Origin: an uncultured Verrucomicrobiae bacterium
GTDB taxonomy: Bacteria > Verrucomicrobiota > Verrucomicrobiia > Chthoniobacterales > UBA10450
Reading direction: 5' to 3'
NCBI GenBank assembly: GCA_963726745.1
Contig: CAVSDR010000006.1
Span: forward strand, 288,001-352,000
Length of the DNA: 64,000 nt
Positions 58,755 to 64,000 of this stretch are shown here, piece after piece (the stretch's first letter is position 1; each line of letters starts with the position of its first letter). The translations under genes were made by a program, and so were the position numbers. The notes under the pieces are model-generated. The model had not been told where the DNA came from and searched no databases. It saw nothing but the letters and a program-made list of their open reading frames with translations.

Positions 58755-59507
58755 TCACGCCGTGGGCGCGGCGATCATCACCCCGACTTGTGCCAGGCAG
58801 GTGCGCAGGCTCCGCGCAAACTCCACTGCCCCGGGCGTGTCGCCATGCAGGCAAATCGTCTCCGCCCGCACCGGCACCTCCGTCCCATCGACTGCGCGCA
58901 CCTTGTCGTCGCGCAGCATCCCGAAGACGCGATCCGCGGCCGCTTCCGGATCGTGCAGGAGCGCATCCGGATGGCTCCGCGGCACGAGCGAGCCATCGGC
59001 CTGGTAATTCCGATCCGCAAAAATCTCGCACACCACCCGCACCTCGTGCGCCTCCGCCGCGCGGGACAGCGCGCTCCCTGAGGGCGCGAAGAGCAGCAGC
59101 GCCGGGTCGACTGCGCGGAGCGCGCGCACGATCGCGTCGGCTATTTCGTCGTCGCGCGCTCCCATATTATAGAGGGCGCCGTGCGGCTTCACGTGTTGCA
59201 CCCGCAAGCCAAAAGCCTGCGCCATGGCCTGGAAAGCGCCCAGTTGCGCCACCACCAGCGCGAAAATCTCGTGGCCGGCCAGCGCCAGCTCGCGGCGGCC
59301 GAAGTTTTCCCGGTCGTCGAATCCCGGATGCGCCCCCACGGCCACGCCGCGCTGCTGCGCCGCGAGCAAGGCATCGCGCATCACCGTCGCGTTCCCCGCG
59401 TGCACCCCGCAGGCGATGTTCGCCGAGCTCACCAAACCCAGCAGCGCCTCGTCCTGGCCGGCGCCTTCGCCGAGGTCGGCGTTGAGATCGACGCTCCAGT
59501 TGCTCAT
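58755..59507 (-). CDS. pxpA: 5-oxoprolinase subunit A (LamB/YcsF)
   Basis: DLNADLGE, ANIACGVHAG, GAHPG, HVKPHGALYN and CLHGD. Confidence 0.92.
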   Translation of the reverse strand: MSNWSVDLNADLGEGAGQDEALLGLVSSANIACGVHAGNATVMRDALLAAQQRGVAVGAHPGFDDRENFGRRELALAGHEIFALVVAQLGAFQAMAQAFGLRVQHVKPHGALYNMGARDDEIADAIVRALRAVDPALLLFAPSGSALSRAAEAHEVRVVCEIFADRNYQADGSLVPRSHPDALLHDPEAAADRVFGMLRDDKVRAVDGTEVPVRAETICLHGDTPGAVEFARSLRTCLAQVGVMIAAPTA

Positions 59508-60463
59508 GGTGTGCGCAACGCCAGCCCCGCCCGGAACCAGGCCAGGTCGCGCTCCCGTTCCTGCAAAAGTTTTCGCGCCGCCGCCAGCGGCACTTCCACG
59601 AAACGCACTTCGTCGCCCGCGCGCAATTGCGCCGCCTTCGGGAGATCGACCGTGATCACGTGGCCGATCTTCGGGTAGCCGCCGATCGTTTGGCAATCCC
59701 CGAGCAGGATCACCGGCTGCCCATTAGGCGGCACCTGGATCGTTCCCGGCGCGACTGGCTCGGAAACGAGATCGTCGCGATGCGAGCCGACGATCTTACG
59801 CCCCCGCAAACGCAGGCCCATGCGATCGGAATCAGCGGTCACGGCAAAAGTCTCACGGGTGAAAGCTCCCTGCGCTTCGCCGAAGAATTCGTCCCAGCCA
59901 TTTCCGCGCACGAAATGCAGAATTCCCGGCACGGGCGAAGGGCGCGACCACTCGCGAGGGGCAAAACAGTTTGCTGGCTGTTTTTCGATGATCGCCGCGG
60001 GACCGAGCGGCAGTTCGTCGCCCTCGCGCAAGGCCCGGCCCTGCCAGCCGCCGAAGCCCGCGCGCAGGTCAGTCGCGCGGCTCCCGAGGACCAGCGGCAC
60101 GTCGATTCCGCCGCGAATGGCGAGCCATAGCCGCGCACCTTTCGGCGGCGCCGCCAAGGTCAGCTCCGCGCCCGCGGGCACGGAGATTCGCTGGCCCGGC
60201 GGCAGGCTTTCGTTATCCAAAGTGACGGCAAAATCTCCGCCGCACCAGGCGATCGCGCGCGCCTCCTCGAAGCGCAGGACGACCGTGCCGAGAGCCGCTT
60301 CCAAACCGGCGGCGGTCTCGGGATTACCCACCAGGAGATTCGCCACCCGCAGCGCCACCGGGTCGAGCGCGCCCGCCAGCGGCACCCCGCTCGCGCGATA
60401 TCCCGCCCGCCCCAGATCCTGCACGCTGCAGAGAAAACCGGCGCGCCTAACGAGCAATCGCAT
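59504..60463 (-). CDS. pxpC: 5-oxoprolinase subunit C (allophanate hydrolase subunit 2-like)
   Basis: VQDLGR, ANLLVGN, SDRMG and QTIGGYPKI. Confidence 0.9.
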   Translation of the reverse strand: MRLLVRRAGFLCSVQDLGRAGYRASGVPLAGALDPVALRVANLLVGNPETAAGLEAALGTVVLRFEEARAIAWCGGDFAVTLDNESLPPGQRISVPAGAELTLAAPPKGARLWLAIRGGIDVPLVLGSRATDLRAGFGGWQGRALREGDELPLGPAAIIEKQPANCFAPREWSRPSPVPGILHFVRGNGWDEFFGEAQGAFTRETFAVTADSDRMGLRLRGRKIVGSHRDDLVSEPVAPGTIQVPPNGQPVILLGDCQTIGGYPKIGHVITVDLPKAAQLRAGDEVRFVEVPLAAARKLLQERERDLAWFRAGLALRTP

Positions 60464-61125
60464 CGAACTCCTCCCGCGTGATCGCGCGAAAACGCACCCG
60501 GTCCCCGGCCTGGAGCAGCGCCGGCGGCGTCGCCTCCGGGTCGAACATCCTCTGCGGCGTGCGCCCAATGAGATTCCAGCCGCCGGGCGAACGCAGCGGG
60601 TAGATCCCGGTCTGCCCTCCGCCAATCCCGACCGCGCCGGCCGGCACTTCCTTGCGCGGTTCCGCCCGCCGCGGCGTCGCCAGGCTTTCCGGCAAGCCGG
60701 CCAGATAAGCAAAGCCAGGCAGGAAACCGACGCAGGCGACCGTGTAGTCCGCGCCAGAATGTCGTCGGATAATTTGCTCCGCGGAGAGTCCGGCGTGGCG
60801 CGCGACCTCCTCCAGATCGGGCGCAAACTCCGCGTGATAACAGACAGCAATCTCCACGCGCCGCGGTTTGCTTTCCCGCGCCGCGCGCGGTGCCGGCTGG
60901 GCCAAGCGCCGCGCGCACCTGCGTTTCCCGTTCCTCGAAGCTCGCCCGCGCCGCCGGCGCGAAAAAAACGCCTAACGAATGGTAAGCCGGAAGGCACTCG
61001 ACCAGTCCCGGAAGCGCGGCTGCTTCCACCCGCCGCTGCATTTCCCGAACCGCGCCGAGGGTGCGCGCCGGATCCGCCTCCAGCCGCACGAGCAGTGCGC
61101 AATCTCCCAGCGGCTCAATCGTCAT
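60447..61125 (-). CDS. pxpB: 5-oxoprolinase subunit B (KipI-like); apparent frameshift near 60905
   Basis: PLGDCALLV and PAYHSL, then GFLPGFAYL and GIYPLRSPGGWNLIGRT. Confidence 0.88.
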
Positions 61126-61186
61126 CTCGCCTCCTTCCCTAGCAGGTCGCCACCGGAACGGAAGCGCCGAAGAGCGGGCCCGCGCT

Positions 61187-61498
61187 TCAGCGGCGCCCGG
61201 CGTCGCGCGGCTCCTCGGCCTCGACCGCCACCGCCACTTCCTTCACCGAGTGCTCGATCTTTTGCACCGCGGGATGGACCTCGCGCAGGAGTTCGTGCTC
61301 CGCTTCCGAGAGTTCCTCGATGCGCTTGGTCACATCGCGCAACTCACAGAGCATCGCTTCCTGCCGCTGCGAAATGCGGTGCATCCACCAAAAGCAAATG
61401 CCCCAGCAAATCGTGCCGAAGGCTCCCAGCGAAACGCCCACGATCTCGATGGTTTTCGTCACGCGCGGAGCATGCGCGAGCAACTCCGCCTTGTCCAC
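61187..61498 (-). CDS. Small membrane-anchored coiled-coil hypothetical protein
   Basis: One TM segment followed by a heptad-like region; start uncertain. Confidence 0.55.
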   Translation of the reverse strand: MDKAELLAHAPRVTKTIEIVGVSLGAFGTICWGICFWWMHRISQRQEAMLCELRDVTKRIEELSEAEHELLREVHPAVQKIEHSVKEVAVAVEAEEPRDAGRR

Positions 61499-61560
61499 GC
61501 GAGCGGGAGAATAGATTTACGCGCGGAGGTCGCGCTGGCAGGATGCCGCGGTTTGCCGCC

Positions 61561-64000
61561 ATGAAAGCCTGGAAGATCACGCTCCTCTTCGCCGCGCTCG
61601 CGCTCCTCCTTTGGTGGCTCGCGCCTTCGCGCGCGCTCTCGCGCGAGCCTGGCGTGGTCGAGATCAGCTACCTCGGCGACAGTGGGCCAAACTCCGCCGC
61701 GGTCGAGGATGCGATTCGTGTTTTTGAAAACGAAAGCCGTGCGCGCCATGCGGCCGATCCCACGCAGCCGATCTATCGCGTGATCGCCGGGCAAAACGCC
61801 TCGCGCGACATGACCGCGGACCCGACGCGCTTTCTCGTGAGCGTGGCCGGTGGGCAACCGCCGGACCTGATCCTGTTCGATCGTTATGCGGTGAGCGAAT
61901 GGGCCGCGCGCGGGGCCTTCACCAAATTAGACAGCTTTCTCGCGCGCGAAGCCGCAGGCGGAAAAGCCGACCCGATCCGCGCGGAGAATTATTACCGCTC
62001 CTGCTGGGACGAGGTCGTGTTCGTCAATCCCGTTACCGGCGAGCGCGGGACCTACGGCATCCCGGAACGCGTGGACGACCGCGCGCTCTTTTATAATAAG
62101 TCGCTGCTAAAACGTGGTGGCTTCGTCGATGCCAGCGGCGAGGCGCGGCCGCCGCAGACGCTCGAGGAACTCGCCGCGATGGCGCCCGCGCTGACTGAGC
62201 GCGACGCGCGCGGCAACATCACGCGGCTCGGGTTTGCCCCGAACTACGGCAACGCCTGGCTCTACATCTACAGCTGGATGATGGGCGGCCAATTCCTGAG
62301 CGCGGATGCCAAGACCTGCACGCTCAACTCGCCCACGAACGTCGCCGCGCTCAACTGGATGGTGCAGGTTTACGATTCGGTCGGCGGCGCGGCGGCGGTC
62401 TATGCGTTCCAGAGCAGCGCGCAAACCGGGCAGCTCGATCCTTTCACCCAGGGCACGGTGGCGATGAAGATCGACGGCTACTGGAACTTCCCGGAAAACC
62501 TCGCGCAATTCGGCGCCAATTTAGACTACGGGCTCGCAGTGCCGCCGTTACCCGCGGCCGAGGTGGCGAAGGGGCGCAACGGTTTTTCGTGGGTCAGCGG
62601 CTGGTGCTTTGCGATTCCCTCCACCGCGCAGAACAAGGAAGGCGGTTGGGAATTGCTCCGTTTTCTCGCGAGTCCGCGCGCGGCCGAGATCATCGGCGAG
62701 AGCAACCGGCTGACGCTCGAGAGCCAGGGGCGCATCTATGTGCCCACACAAAGCGCGAATCGGCAGACTAACGAGTGGTTGTTCCAGCGCTACGTCGCCG
62801 GCAATCCCGCGGTCCCGGAGAAAGTGCGCGACGGCGTCAAGCTGCTGAATGATTTGCTCGAGACCTCGCCCTTCCGGCCAGTCACGCCCGTCGGCCAGCT
62901 CCTTTTCAACGAACAAAAACGCGCGACCGAGAACGCGATCTTCCACAAGCTCCCGCCGCAGGCCGCGCTCGACGAGAGCACGCGCGTAGTCCAGCAGGCG
63001 CTCGACCGCGCGCTCGCGCCCCCGCGCGGCGCGGTGATTCCGTGGCGGTATTTTATTTGGGTCTACCTCGCGCTCCTTCTCGCGACCGCGGGCTCCATCT
63101 ATTGGTGGGAAACCCGGCGACGGACCGTCGAGGGAACCCAGAGCCGCTATTTCCGCACCCAATGGCGCGGGGGCTGGCTCACCGCCTCGCCCTGGATCCT
63201 CGGCTTTATCGTGCTCACCGGCGGGCCGATTCTTTTCTCGGTCATCATTAGTCTAAGCGACTACGACATTCTCAATCCCGCGCGCTTCGTCGGCCTGGCG
63301 AATTACCGGCGGATGTTCACCGCCGACCCGCTTTTTTGGAAGGCGGTCGGCAACACCACTTACATGATCCTGGGCATTCCGCTCGGGATGGCGCTCAGCC
63401 TCGGGATCGCGCTCCTGCTCAACCTCGAGATCCGCGGCGTGGCCCTCTGGCGCACCTTTTTCTATCTCCCGTCGATCGTGCCTGCGGTCGCTTCCAGCAT
63501 TCTCTGGATCTGGATTTTCAATCCCAACGCCGGCCTCTTAAACAGCATTCTCTTGTCCTTCGGGATTCACGGTCCGAACTGGCTGCAGGATGAAAGCACG
63601 AGCAAACCGGCCTTGATCATCATGGGTCTCTGGAGCGCCGGCGGCGGAATGATCATCTGGCTCGCGGGCTTGAAAGGGATCAGCGAGACCTATTACGAAG
63701 CCGCGGCGCTCGACGGCGCGAATGCCTGGCAACGTTTCCGCCACGTGACCCTGCCGCTGCTCACGCCGTACATCTTCTTTAACGTCATCATGGGTCTCAT
63801 CGGCACGCTGCAGATCTTTACCCAGGCCTTTATCATGACCCAGGGCGGGCCGGTCGATTCGACGCTCTTCTACGCCTATCACCTGTTCAACCACGCCTTC
63901 CGCTTCCTGCAGATGGGCTACGCCTCTGCGCTCGGGTGGTTTCTCTTTTTGGCTGTGCTCGGGTTGACCTTGCTGCAGCTCAAGCTCTCGAAACGCTGGG
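61561..64000 (+). CDS. Carbohydrate ABC transporter: extracellular solute-binding protein fused to a permease; runs off the window
   Basis: Frame open from ATG 61561 to the end (absent from the ORF track); PPDLI and LFYNK SBP motifs, then TMs, FVGLANY, FYLPS and EAAALDGA (EAA loop). Confidence 0.88.
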   Translation, partial: MKAWKITLLFAALALLLWWLAPSRALSREPGVVEISYLGDSGPNSAAVEDAIRVFENESRARHAADPTQPIYRVIAGQNASRDMTADPTRFLVSVAGGQPPDLILFDRYAVSEWAARGAFTKLDSFLAREAAGGKADPIRAENYYRSCWDEVVFVNPVTGERGTYGIPERVDDRALFYNKSLLKRGGFVDASGEARPPQTLEELAAMAPALTERDARGNITRLGFAPNYGNAWLYIYSWMMGGQFLSADAKTCTLNSPTNVAALNWMVQVYDSVGGAAAVYAFQSSAQTGQLDPFTQGTVAMKIDGYWNFPENLAQFGANLDYGLAVPPLPAAEVAKGRNGFSWVSGWCFAIPSTAQNKEGGWELLRFLASPRAAEIIGESNRLTLESQGRIYVPTQSANRQTNEWLFQRYVAGNPAVPEKVRDGVKLLNDLLETSPFRPVTPVGQLLFNEQKRATENAIFHKLPPQAALDESTRVVQQALDRALAPPRGAVIPWRYFIWVYLALLLATAGSIYWWETRRRTVEGTQSRYFRTQWRGGWLTASPWILGFIVLTGGPILFSVIISLSDYDILNPARFVGLANYRRMFTADPLFWKAVGNTTYMILGIPLGMALSLGIALLLNLEIRGVALWRTFFYLPSIVPAVASSILWIWIFNPNAGLLNSILLSFGIHGPNWLQDESTSKPALIIMGLWSAGGGMIIWLAGLKGISETYYEAAALDGANAWQRFRHVTLPLLTPYIFFNVIMGLIGTLQIFTQAFIMTQGGPVDSTLFYAYHLFNHAFRFLQMGYASALGWFLFLAVLGLTLLQLKLSKRW

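Overview
GC-rich (roughly 65% by eye), gene-dense bacterial chromosomal segment. It is most likely Verrucomicrobiota, order Chthoniobacterales, inferred from the Amuc_1098-1102-type pilus operon, a C-terminal dockerin-like domain, PT-linker FecR proteins and mcsA-mcsB-clpC. Core genes include tRNA-Gln(CTG), hppA, tsf, rpsB, thrS, moeB, rnd, rho, coaE, trpS, thrA, mlaDFE, xerC, clpC/mcsB/mcsA, ilvE and pxpABC. Accessory modules include a cNMP-regulated FeS/cytochrome b/decaheme cytochrome cluster, a small putative toxin plus CPCC-protein pair, a beta-barrel/FecR/giant FecR-(PT)60 surface-protein trio, and a solute-binding protein-permease fusion. About eight short frameshifts, several in essential genes, look like long-read assembly errors. 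The most striking signal is a dispersed non-palindromic motif: core CTAACGA, consensus GCCTAACGAG. I counted 38 copies by eye (about 1 per 1.7 kb) on both strands without strand bias. It forces rare codons inside conserved genes and supplies many stop codons, so it behaves like a DNA uptake sequence or another genome-wide protein-binding site. A candidate structured ncRNA (6S-like) lies at 53329-53488.
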